Source: Candidatus Shapirobacteria bacterium
GTDB taxonomy: Bacteria > Patescibacteriota > Microgenomatia > UBA12405
Reading direction: 5' to 3'
NCBI GenBank assembly: GCA_037142555.1
Contig: JBAXAJ010000002.1
Location: forward strand, 15,029-79,028
Length of the DNA: 64,000 bases
Positions 40,827 through 49,648 of this stretch are shown here, piece after piece. Below the pieces are notes generated by a model that was given only the letters and a program-made list of their open reading frames with translations, was not told the DNA's origin and made no database searches. The translations under genes and the position numbers were made by a program. Every line of letters starts with the position of its first letter. Positions within the stretch are counted from its first letter, which is position 1.

Positions 40827-41588
40827 TTAAATATTTATCTCAATGCCAACCGGGCAGTGATCAGACCCAAGAACTTCAGTCAAAATAAAAGCTGATTTAA
40901 CAGTGTCTTTTAACTTTTCATCAATAAAAAAATAATCAATTCTCCAACCAACATTTTTTTGTCTGCAACCACATCTTTGACTCCACCAAGAATATTCAAC
41001 TTTTTCTGGGTTTAATAATCGGTAAGTGTCGACCCAACCATTTTGTTCCAATTTATCCATCCAAGCTCTTTCAATTGGCAAAAAACCAGTATTTTTAACA
41101 TTATCCTTAGGTCTAGCTAAATCAATCTCATTATGGGCAGTGTTAACATCACCACAAAAAACAACTTTTTCACCCCTGTCTCGAAGTTCATTAATATATT
41201 TCAAAAAATTATCATAAAATTTCATTTTATAATCAAGTCTCAAAAGTTCATGGCCACCATTTGGAAAATAAATATTTAATAAAGTAAATTCATCAAATTT
41301 TGTAATAATCACTCGACCCTCATCATCCCAATCATTATCTCTTTCGCCCAAAATCACTGATTTAGGTTCCATTTTTGAAAAAGTTGCCACTCCAGAATAA
41401 CCAGCTTTTTCGGCTGGATTAAAAAATTGGTGATATCCAGTTGGACATTCAAGCATCGGAATTTGATTAGGCATTGCTCTCACTTCTTGGAAACAATAAA
41501 CATCAGCCTTAAGATCTTCCATCGTTCCCCATAAACCTTTTTTGATTGCCGCCCTCATTCCAGCCAAGTTCCAAGAAATTATTTTCAT
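40827..41588 (-). CDS. xth: Exodeoxyribonuclease III.
   Basis: MKIISWNLAGMRA...FQEV...SDHCPV motifs. Confidence 0.85.
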   Translation of the reverse strand: MKIISWNLAGMRAAIKKGLWGTMEDLKADVYCFQEVRAMPNQIPMLECPTGYHQFFNPAEKAGYSGVATFSKMEPKSVILGERDNDWDDEGRVIITKFDEFTLLNIYFPNGGHELLRLDYKMKFYDNFLKYINELRDRGEKVVFCGDVNTAHNEIDLARPKDNVKNTGFLPIERAWMDKLEQNGWVDTYRLLNPEKVEYSWWSQRCGCRQKNVGWRIDYFFIDEKLKDTVKSAFILTEVLGSDHCPVGIEINI

Positions 41589-41642
41589 AACTTATTATAC
41601 TAGTTCGTTTCTAGATTATTTGTTATAATAACGAGCACTAAA

Positions 41643-41714
41643 CCAGCAGGAGCCGGACGGTTAGGCAACAGTCTGTAAAACTGTCTAAAGTAGGTTCAAC
41701 TCCTACCTGCTGGA
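41643..41714 (+). tRNA. tRNA-like gene with GUA (Tyr) anticodon and a short variable loop; atypical G at position 8.
   Basis: Hand-folded, with no mispairs in the acceptor, anticodon or T stems:
- acceptor CCAGCAG / CTGCTGG;
- anticodon stem ACAGT / ACTGT with loop CTGTAAA;
- T arm GTAGG-TTCAACT-CCTAC;
- discriminator A.
The D-loop/anticodon arm (GGTTAGgCAACAGTCTGtAAAACTGT) is 26/28 identical to the tRNA-Cys at 8997-9067. Confidence 0.5.
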
Positions 41715-41732
41715 CACATAAAACCTATAATA

Positions 41733-41761
41733 TTGACTCAATCCCTCCTTTTTGCTACAAT
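41733..41761 (+). promoter_or_regulatory. Near-consensus promoter, TTGACT-17-TACAAT.
   Basis: Exact spacing. Followed by AGCCAACTTTACATAATAA, which resembles 13470-13489. Confidence 0.5.
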
Positions 41762-41845
41762 AGCCAACTTTACATAATAAACTTTTGCGTTTATTTTTTG
41801 TCAAAGTAAAAAAAGATCTTTAAAAAAGAAAAAAAGAGAGAAGGA

Positions 41846-42262
41846 GTGTTGTTAATGAGTTTTTTTGACAGATTTAAAAGAGAGAACATTGAAGAGGTTG
41901 TCTATCCGACTAAATGTGGCCACGAAGCCAAACCATTCAATGAAGCAGTTAAAGTTTTTGGTGAGGAAATAAATATTTTTCTTCGTCCAGTTAATGGAGT
42001 TATTGACCTTTGTCTTAATTGTTATCTGAAAATGATTAGAAAATGTCCCTCTTGTGGAGAATTAATCCACCCTGGAGACCCAATCGTTTTTCGTCAGGTT
42101 GATGAAAGTGAAAATTTTGACTTAGTCAGAAACAATGAGTACATAATAGTTAGTCTCAGAAATAAACAGGTGGCAGGGTGCACTAAGTGTTCCGAGATAA
42201 ACATTGTTCATGGGCATTGGAACAAAAAAGGAAAGATTGAAAGATTGATCAAAGTAAGCTAA
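41846..42262 (+). CDS. Cys-rich (multi-CxxC) hypothetical protein, 138 aa.
   Basis: Preceded by AAAGAGAGAAGGAGTG, the same long SD style as the 9.1-14.5 kb genes. Contains CxxC pairs at CLNC, CPSC and CTKC. Confidence 0.45.
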   Translation: MLLMSFFDRFKRENIEEVVYPTKCGHEAKPFNEAVKVFGEEINIFLRPVNGVIDLCLNCYLKMIRKCPSCGELIHPGDPIVFRQVDESENFDLVRNNEYIIVSLRNKQVAGCTKCSEINIVHGHWNKKGKIERLIKVS

Positions 42263-42352
42263 AACATTTTTTTTTCTAAAAATCGTCGACAAAGATTGAG
42301 AATTTTTTCTCTTTCCCACCTCGGCGTTTTTTTTTGCCAAAAAAATAGGATA

Positions 42353-42381
42353 TTGACTTAATTTTGTGCTTGTTATACAAT
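42353..42381 (+). promoter_or_regulatory. Near-consensus promoter, TTGACT-17-TACAAT.
   Basis: Exact hexamers and spacing. Confidence 0.5.
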
Positions 42382-42412
42382 CACCATTCCTAATTTAAAT
42401 AGGTATAAAAAT

Positions 42413-42586
42413 ATGAACGAAAGAATCAAAAACATGGACGTCCAAAAAATGGTAGTATGCATTCGCCAAATAGAGCAATCAGAAGCTGATGGTGAAAATA
42501 CAAGTTTTTTACATAAAGAACTACATACTCTAATTAATGGTGACACTAAAAGAGTTAATCTCGATGAATCTGGTAAAATAGCTTAG
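42413..42586 (+). CDS. Small hypothetical protein (57 aa).
   Basis: ATG at 42413. Its stop TAG overlaps the GTG start of recF by 1 nt. Confidence 0.3.
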   Translation: MNERIKNMDVQKMVVCIRQIEQSEADGENTSFLHKELHTLINGDTKRVNLDESGKIA

Positions 42587-43656
42587 TGCATCTTTCCAAA
42601 CTTCTCCTCCAAAACTTCAGATCTTACGAACAACAATTAGTTGAACTTGACCCAAAATTAAACCTAATTTTTGGTCCAAATGGCTCTGGCAAAACTAATA
42701 TTCTAGAAGCAATTTTTCTCCTTTCATCTGGCAAAAGTTTTAGGTCTTCCTCTCAATCAAAAATGATTAATTGGAATAATTACTTTTGTTCAGTCAGAGC
42801 TAAATTAATTAATAATAAAGAAGAAGAATCTGAAATTGAAGTTAAATTAATTAAAGATCCAAAAGGGATTTCTCCAACCGTTTCCCGCAAATTTTTAATC
42901 CAAAAAGTCGAAAAAACTCGAAAAAAGTATATTGGAATTTTAAAAACAGTTATTTTCCACCCTGAAGACATCAGGATTATAAATGGTTCACCAACTCGCC
43001 GTCGCGATTTTTTTGACCATATATTTTCCCAAACCGAATGGCGCTATGCCTCAGCTCTATTACAATATAATAAAGCTCTAAAACATCGTAATGAACTTCT
43101 AGATTTAATTAAAGCCGGAACAGCTGCTCCTGGCGAATTGTTTTATTGGGATCAATCTCTAATCAAAAATTCCAAAATAGTCCACGATTTTCGAGTTTCT
43201 TTTGTAAAATTTGCCAACCAATTTTTTGCCAATCATCCAGATTCTCAAATTAAAACTATTTTCATTAATTATCATCCTTCATTTCTAACTGAAGATAAAT
43301 TAACCAAAAACTATCAACTCGATCTAAGTCGAGGCTACACTCAAGCGGGGATTCACCGTGATGATTTTAGTTTTGACAACTCAATTTTTCCAGCTGAAGA
43401 CAAAAACTTAGCCTTTTGGGGCAGTCGTGGTCAACAAAGATTGGCAGTTCTGGCTCTTCGATTAGCTCAAATCAATTATCTAGAAGAAAACTATCATGAT
43501 AAACCAATTTTGCTTCTAGATGACATTTTTTCAGAATTAGATCCAGAACATCAAGAGTTAGTAACCAAAGTTTGCCAATCTTACCAAACAATTTTCACTT
43601 CATCTGAACCTGATATTCTAAAAATCCTAAAATCCGCCCATTTAATCAAACTTTAA
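42586..43656 (+). CDS. recF: DNA replication and repair protein RecF.
   Basis: LLLQNFRSY...LNLIFGPNGSGKTNILEAI Walker A near the N-terminus, and C-terminal LLLDDIFSELD (Walker B). GTG start. Confidence 0.85.
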   Translation: MHLSKLLLQNFRSYEQQLVELDPKLNLIFGPNGSGKTNILEAIFLLSSGKSFRSSSQSKMINWNNYFCSVRAKLINNKEEESEIEVKLIKDPKGISPTVSRKFLIQKVEKTRKKYIGILKTVIFHPEDIRIINGSPTRRRDFFDHIFSQTEWRYASALLQYNKALKHRNELLDLIKAGTAAPGELFYWDQSLIKNSKIVHDFRVSFVKFANQFFANHPDSQIKTIFINYHPSFLTEDKLTKNYQLDLSRGYTQAGIHRDDFSFDNSIFPAEDKNLAFWGSRGQQRLAVLALRLAQINYLEENYHDKPILLLDDIFSELDPEHQELVTKVCQSYQTIFTSSEPDILKILKSAHLIKL

Positions 43657-43881
43657 ACACAAAGCAAGTTCAACTTGCCTAGTGTAAATTATTTTCTCCT
43701 ATATTATAATAACGTCACTGTCTTAACAGGCAGTTTTCCGTACTTTAAAATTTTGAAGGTAAAAAACATGAAAACAGAAAAAACTAGAGTCACTCCTGTT
43801 AGTACCAGAAAGATTTTCTAAAAAAAAATTTTTGATTGATATTTATAATCAATCATTTCAACTTTTGAGTTGGAATTATTT

Positions 43882-45391
43882 GTACTAAGAGTTTGATCGT
43901 GGCTCAGGGTGAACGCTGGCGATGTGCCTAAGACATGCAAGTCGAACGGGATTTGTTGTTTACACAGAGATATTCCTATACAGTGGGAATTTCTGTGTAA
44001 ATAATAAGTTTAGTGGCGAACGGGTGAGTAATAAGTACGAACATACCTCTTTGTAGGGCATAGCCCACCGAAAGGTGGAGTAATTTCCTATAGTATCCGA
44101 TGCAATATTCGGATTAAAGACGCAAGTCGCGAAGAGAGTGGCGTACTCGCTACCAGCTAGTTGGTGAGGTAATGGCTCACCAAGGCGATGACGGCTACCG
44201 GCTCTTAGCGGAGGGCCCGGCACAATGGGACTGAGACACGGCCCATACTTCTACGGAAGGCAGCAGTTAGGAATTTTGCGCAATGGACGAAAGTCTGACG
44301 CAGCGACATCGCGTGTGGGATGAAGGCCTTCGGGTCGTAAACCACTTTTATAACAATATGAAATTGTTTTGAATAAGGAACTACTAACTACGTGCCAGCA
44401 GTCGCGGTAATACGTAGGTTCCGAGCGTTACCCGGTTTTATTGGGCGTAAAGAGTCTGTAGGTTGTTTTTCAAGTCTTATTTCAAAGACCCTAGCTTAAC
44501 TAGGGACAGGGGTAGGAGACTGAAAGACTAGAGTTATATCGGGGTTACTGGAATTTGTAGTGTAGGGGTAAAATCCGTGGATACTACAAAGAACACCAAG
44601 CGCGAAGGCGGGTAACTAGGTATACACTGACACTGAGAGACGAAAGCTAGGGTAGCAAATCAGATTAGAGACCTGAGTAGTCCTAGCCGTAAACATTGTC
44701 TGTTAATTTCTCGGGATTTATCCTGGGAGATGTAAGCTAACGCGTTAAACAGACCGCCTGGGGAGTATAGCCGCAAGGCCGAAACTCAAACGAATTGGCG
44801 GGGAGGCGCACAACCAGTGGAGCATGTGGTTTAATTCGATACGAAGCGATAAACCTTACCTGGGCTTGAAATGTATCTGCAAATCTCCAGAAACGGAGAC
44901 TCCTTCGAGGGTGATACACAGCTGTTGCATGGCTGTCGTCAGCTCGTGACGTGAGTTGTTCTCTTAAGTGAGGTAACGAGCGCAACCCCTATCGTATGTT
45001 ACTGTGTCATACGAGACTGCCTAGCATTATTTTGTTAGGAGGAAGGAGGGGACGACGTCAAGTCATCATGATGCTTATGTCCAGGGCTACACACATCCTA
45101 CAATGGGTTGTACAGAGGGTTGCAATACCGCGAGGTGGAGCTAATCCCTAAAACAATCCTCAGTTGGGATTGCAGGCTGAAACTCGCCTGCATGAACTTG
45201 GAATTGGTAGTAATCGCAAATCAGCAGATTGCGGTGAATACGTTCTCGCCTCTTGCACACACTGCCCGTCAAATCAGCAAAGTTGGGGGTACCTGAAGCC
45301 TTACTTTTGTAGGACCAAGGTAAATTCAGCGATGAGGGTTAAGTCGTAACAAGGTATCCGTACTGGAAGGTGCGGATGGATCACCTCCTTT
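43882..45391 (+). rRNA. rrs: 16S ribosomal RNA (~1.51 kb).
   Basis: 5' AGAGTTTGATCGTGGCTCAG. Internal GTGCCAGCAGTCGCGGTAATAC. 3' GGATCACCTCCTTT anti-SD. Confidence 0.95.
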
Positions 45392-45466
45392 GAGGAAACT
45401 CAAAACTTTCTGGTACTAACAGTTTTGACTCTAGTTTAGTTTTCATTACCTTCAAAATTTAAATTT

Positions 45467-45494
45467 AATCCCGCTTCGGCGGGATTATTTTTTT
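45467..45494 (+). terminator. Intrinsic terminator after the 16S gene.
   Basis: AATCCCGC-TTCG-GCGGGATT hairpin followed by ATTTTTTT. Confidence 0.6.
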
Positions 45495-45532
45495 AATCGA
45501 ATGCATTTATTAAATAACTCGACTTAAATAGC

Positions 45533-46246
45533 ATGACTTCAAAAATTAAAATTGATCCGAATAATTTACCAAAACACATTGCCATAATCATGGATGGGAA
45601 TCGTCGTTGGGCCGAAGCTCGTGGTTTAAACCCGACTGAGGGTCACAAAGCTGGTGCCAAAAACCTTCAAGATATTGTCAATTATTGTCGAGATATAGGC
45701 ATAAAAAACATCACTGTCTATGCTCTTTCAACTGAAAATTGGCGCAAACGTTCAGCTCAAGAAGTCAAAGGGATTTTTAATCTTTTAATTGATGTTGTTA
45801 AAACAAAAAGAGAAGAATATAGAAAAGCTGGCATTAAATTTTTTGTTCTTGGTAATTTTCAAGCTTTTCCTTTAAAAGTCAAAAGTGCCATCAAAAAAAT
45901 GTTAGACGTGGTTCTCGATAACGAAAGAATTAAATTTAACGTGGCCCTAAACTATGGCGGTCGAGATGAAATAATTAATGCTATTAAAAATATCATTAAA
46001 GATGGGGTCAAGCCATCCGAAGTTAATGAAGAATTAATTTCTAAATATTTATACACTCATGACCAACCTGATCCAGATTTAATAATCAGACCTGGTGGTG
46101 AATTCCGTCTTTCTAATTTCTTACTTTGGCAAATGTCCTATGCTGAACTTTATTTCACCGACACTCTTTGGCCAGATTTCACTCCAAAAGAACTAGAAAA
46201 AACTATCATTCAATATCAACAACGCAACCGTCGAATGGGGAAATAA
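45533..46246 (+). CDS. uppS: Undecaprenyl diphosphate synthase.
   Basis: HIAIIMDGNRRWA...YALSTENW...SNFLLWQ motifs. Confidence 0.85.
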   Translation: MTSKIKIDPNNLPKHIAIIMDGNRRWAEARGLNPTEGHKAGAKNLQDIVNYCRDIGIKNITVYALSTENWRKRSAQEVKGIFNLLIDVVKTKREEYRKAGIKFFVLGNFQAFPLKVKSAIKKMLDVVLDNERIKFNVALNYGGRDEIINAIKNIIKDGVKPSEVNEELISKYLYTHDQPDPDLIIRPGGEFRLSNFLLWQMSYAELYFTDTLWPDFTPKELEKTIIQYQQRNRRMGK

Positions 46247-46248
46247 GA

Positions 46249-46530
46249 TTAAAAAATCTTCACTCCCAACATCACTTCAATAATTTGAACTACAAAATAA
46301 GAAATAAAGATAATCAAAAACCCAATTAATCCACCGGTAATTTTCCCATAACCTTCTTTGGCCTTATCTGGGTTTCCTGCCGCAGTCATTAAAGTTACAC
46401 CACCTGAAATCAACACTACTAATAGTGCTAAACCAGCAATAGTGTAAACAATTGGTAAAGCTTGTCCAACAAGACTACCAACATTTGGAAATTTTGTGGC
46501 TAATGGATCGGCTGGTAAAGTTACTGCCAT
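46249..46530 (-). CDS. VirB2/TrbC-like pilin-family small membrane protein.
   Basis: Two hydrophobic helices separated by a short NPDKAKEGYGK loop; 93 aa. Confidence 0.45.
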   Translation of the reverse strand: MAVTLPADPLATKFPNVGSLVGQALPIVYTIAGLALLVVLISGGVTLMTAAGNPDKAKEGYGKITGGLIGFLIIFISYFVVQIIEVMLGVKIF

Positions 46531-46932
46531 TTAATTTATTCCTGGAATATGTAAAATATTAACTGTAATTAATCTTAACAAAAACAAAGCAAACAATGAA
46601 ATTAGAAGCCCAGTTATAGCTGAAGTGATGGTTTCTTGAGCTCCTTGAACCGCTTTTGGATCTCCTTTTGACATTGTCATCAAAATAAATCCATAAACCA
46701 TTAATAGAAAAGCAATTCCACCAGCGATTCCAAATAAGACAGGCAACAACCAAGTCACAAAAGCTCCCATTTCTACTGGTATACAACCTAAAGCCGTGTT
46801 TATTTTTGGGGTAGCACTATTTATGCCACCACAGCCATCAAATGGGTCAAGAGCTAAAACTTTACTGATTTTTCCCAATCCTAAAAACATTCCAAATGTC
46901 ATTAAAAAAGGCATTATTTTTCTTCTTAACAT
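46531..46932 (-). CDS. VirB2/TrbC-like pilin-family protein with signal peptide.
   Basis: Signal peptide (..VLA/LDP), a Cys pair, and two TM helices separated by a SKGDPKAVQGAQE loop; 133 aa. Confidence 0.45.
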   Translation of the reverse strand: MLRRKIMPFLMTFGMFLGLGKISKVLALDPFDGCGGINSATPKINTALGCIPVEMGAFVTWLLPVLFGIAGGIAFLLMVYGFILMTMSKGDPKAVQGAQETITSAITGLLISLFALFLLRLITVNILHIPGIN

Positions 46933-46964
46933 AAACTTAGTATAACAAATGTTAGAATTAATCT

Positions 46965-48635
46965 GTGAATCAAAATTTCTTCAAAAGAATAATTTTAATC
47001 TTGTTTATTCTCATATTTTCTACATTTTATTTTCTTCCTCCTGTCTATGCAGACATAAATTCTGACATTGCCAACATTCAAAAACAAATTGCCGATCTGG
47101 AAAATTCCATGGCCCCACTCAAAAAAGAGTCAACCGGTCTTCAGGCTAAAATTACTCAAGCCAAAAATCAAATCACTGCCACCGAATCTCAAATCACTAA
47201 CCTTGGTCAACAACTAGTCAACAAAGAAGCCGATCTAGAAGTTCAAAAAATTCTAATTTCTGAAAGAATCAAAAAATATTATAAAGATACTAAAAAGTAT
47301 AATCCCTTTGTTCTTTTCCTCTCTTCCTCAGAAAGCTCAAATCTCTTACATCAATACACTTGGTACCAATCTATCATCACCCGCGACAAAAGCACTATTG
47401 TTCAATACACCAACGATATTAGTGCCCTAAACCAAAATAAAGTCGAACTCGAAGCTCAAAAAGTAAAAATGGCTGAAATTAAAAAAAGTCTTGACAGCCG
47501 TTTTGGTTTTTTAAGTGGTGAAATCAAAAAAGCCGAAACTTTTAAAGCTGAATTATCAGCAAAACAAAGACAACTAGAAGCTCAAAAATTAGCCAGTTTG
47601 AATCTCCCTACCACTGTCGGTTCTGGCTCAATGATGTGCACTGATGATCGCAAAACTGATCCTGGATTTGGCTCTGGCTTCGCCTTTTTTACCTTTGGAA
47701 TTCCTCATCATGTCGGTTTAAATCAATATGGAGCCTACGGTCGAGCTAAAGCTGGCCAAAATTACCGAGACATTTTAAATGCTTATTTTAATAATACTTC
47801 CATCGAAAAAAAATCTAATGTGACTCTACAAGTCAAAGGTTTCGGCTCAATGCCAATAGAACAATATCTTCTTGGAATTTATGAAGTTCCTGCCAGTTGG
47901 CCAATTGAAGCTCTTAAGGCTCAAGCCATTGCCGCTCGTTCTTATGCTCTTGCTTACACCGACAATGGAAAGAATGAAATTTGTACCACTCAAGCTTGCC
48001 AAGTTTATAAAGGTGGTAACAAAGGTGGTGATTGGGAAAAAGCTGTTAAGGCCACTGAAGGCGAAGTCCTAGTCCAAGGTGGTCAAGTTGTGACTGCTTG
48101 GTTTGCTTCAACCGCTGGTGCCTACACCTACAGCTCAGCTGATGTTGGTTGGAAATCAACTGGATGGACTAAAAGAACTAGAGACACTTCTGGCGACATT
48201 AACTCTTTTGATGATTTATTTGCCAAAGCTTATGACCGTGATTCTCCTTGTTTTTATGCCGCTCAAGGCTATCGTAAAGAATACAATAAATCAGCTTGGC
48301 TAAAACCAAGTGAAGTGGCAGACGTTGTTAACTCAATTCTTCTATCTCAAAGAGATCCTTCAATAAACAATAATCTCTTACCTCCAGATCAAGGTGGTTG
48401 GAGTATTGATCAAGTTAAAAATGAATTAAGAAGTCGTGGAGGTAATCCTTATAACACTATCAATTCTGTCTCCATATCTTGGGATAAAGGAACCGGTTAT
48501 ACTACTCAAGTTTCAATTTCAGGTGACGCTGGCTCAGCTAATTTTGATGGTTCCACTTGGAAAAGTTATTTCAATTCTCGGGCTCCAGCCAACATTTCCA
48601 TCGTCGGCCCACTATATAATGTCGAAAAACGTTAA
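46965..48635 (+). CDS. SpoIID/LytB-domain protein with N-terminal signal/TM segment and a coiled coil.
   Basis: AQAIAARSYALAYT...CTTQACQVYKGG SpoIID signature in the C-terminal half. The N-terminal ~200 aa is Gln/Lys-rich coiled coil. Confidence 0.6.
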   Translation: MNQNFFKRIILILFILIFSTFYFLPPVYADINSDIANIQKQIADLENSMAPLKKESTGLQAKITQAKNQITATESQITNLGQQLVNKEADLEVQKILISERIKKYYKDTKKYNPFVLFLSSSESSNLLHQYTWYQSIITRDKSTIVQYTNDISALNQNKVELEAQKVKMAEIKKSLDSRFGFLSGEIKKAETFKAELSAKQRQLEAQKLASLNLPTTVGSGSMMCTDDRKTDPGFGSGFAFFTFGIPHHVGLNQYGAYGRAKAGQNYRDILNAYFNNTSIEKKSNVTLQVKGFGSMPIEQYLLGIYEVPASWPIEALKAQAIAARSYALAYTDNGKNEICTTQACQVYKGGNKGGDWEKAVKATEGEVLVQGGQVVTAWFASTAGAYTYSSADVGWKSTGWTKRTRDTSGDINSFDDLFAKAYDRDSPCFYAAQGYRKEYNKSAWLKPSEVADVVNSILLSQRDPSINNNLLPPDQGGWSIDQVKNELRSRGGNPYNTINSVSISWDKGTGYTTQVSISGDAGSANFDGSTWKSYFNSRAPANISIVGPLYNVEKR

Positions 48636-48654
48636 ATTTTGGTAAACTATAGTT

Positions 48655-49413
48655 ATGACCAGATCTCAAGACCTAGATACTATTGCTCCAGATGATGAAA
48701 TAATTGTCTCTGGCACTACTCAAACACCAAAAGAAGAAGTTCAAGAGACTAAAGAAATTAAAAAGAAGTTCAAAAAAAAGAAAATAGAAATAGAAGAAGA
48801 ACCAGTCCCTAATGAAGAATTTCATAAAAAAGTTCATGATATTTGTGGTCATTCTAAAAGTTCACTTTCTGGTTTTTTGGTTCATCCTAGAATTCTAACT
48901 TTTGCTGAACAAGGTGACGATGAAACTATTTATCTAGCCGTTCGCCCTCACTGGATTAACAATATTTCTTGGGTTTTTATTGCCATTTTAATGCTTTTTG
49001 TGCCTCTATTTTTTAAATATTTTTCTTTTCTAAATTTTTTCCCAGGTCAATATCAATTTGCCATTATTCTTTTTTGGTACTTAATGACTTTCATTTATTC
49101 TTTTGAAAAATTTTTATCTTGGTATTTTGATCTCTATTTAGTCACTGATCAGCGAGTTATTGACATTGATTTTAATAATCTTTTGAATAAACATTTTGCT
49201 GAAGCCGATATCGCTATGGTTCAAGATGTTTCCACTTCTATCCGTGGAGTTCTAGGAACCTTCTTTAACTTTGGTGATGTTCTAATTCAAACTGCTTCTG
49301 AAACTAATCAAATAAATTTTGAAAAAGTTCCAAATCCAGAAAAAATCATTAAACTATTTAAGGAACTTCGTGATTTAGAAGAACAAAAAAAAGGAGGCGA
49401 AAATGATAGGTAA
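48655..49413 (+). CDS. Membrane protein with a bacterial PH (YdbT-like) domain.
   Basis: TM hairpin followed by DLYLVTDQRVIDIDF...GDVLIQTASE. Confidence 0.4.
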   Translation: MTRSQDLDTIAPDDEIIVSGTTQTPKEEVQETKEIKKKFKKKKIEIEEEPVPNEEFHKKVHDICGHSKSSLSGFLVHPRILTFAEQGDDETIYLAVRPHWINNISWVFIAILMLFVPLFFKYFSFLNFFPGQYQFAIILFWYLMTFIYSFEKFLSWYFDLYLVTDQRVIDIDFNNLLNKHFAEADIAMVQDVSTSIRGVLGTFFNFGDVLIQTASETNQINFEKVPNPEKIIKLFKELRDLEEQKKGGENDR

Positions 49414-49636
49414 TATTGTAACTATAGATGACGCAGGAAACTATTTCCTTATTATAACTAAGATTTTCTTCATTCTTTTTGGTCTACTTTACTTTATATT
49501 CTCTCTAATTGTAGTTAAACAAGTCGGTTCAATGTCAAAAAGCGTCACTGACAAATTTAACTCAGTTTTAATCGCTTTTTCCTACATTCATCTTATCTTC
49601 TCAATTCTTCTGATTTTGACTTTTCTCGCATTGTAG
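49403..49636 (+). CDS. Small membrane protein (77 aa).
   Basis: Two hydrophobic helices. Overlaps the upstream gene's stop. Confidence 0.3.
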   Translation: MIGNIVTIDDAGNYFLIITKIFFILFGLLYFIFSLIVVKQVGSMSKSVTDKFNSVLIAFSYIHLIFSILLILTFLAL

Positions 49637-49648
49637 TATGATTAAGTA

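Noticed and set aside
43960-45349. ORF-track entries inside the 16S rRNA gene (43960-44223, 44737-44985, 45108-45296, 45164-45349).
   Set aside because: They lie wholly within a clearly recognisable 16S rRNA, so they are chance ORFs.
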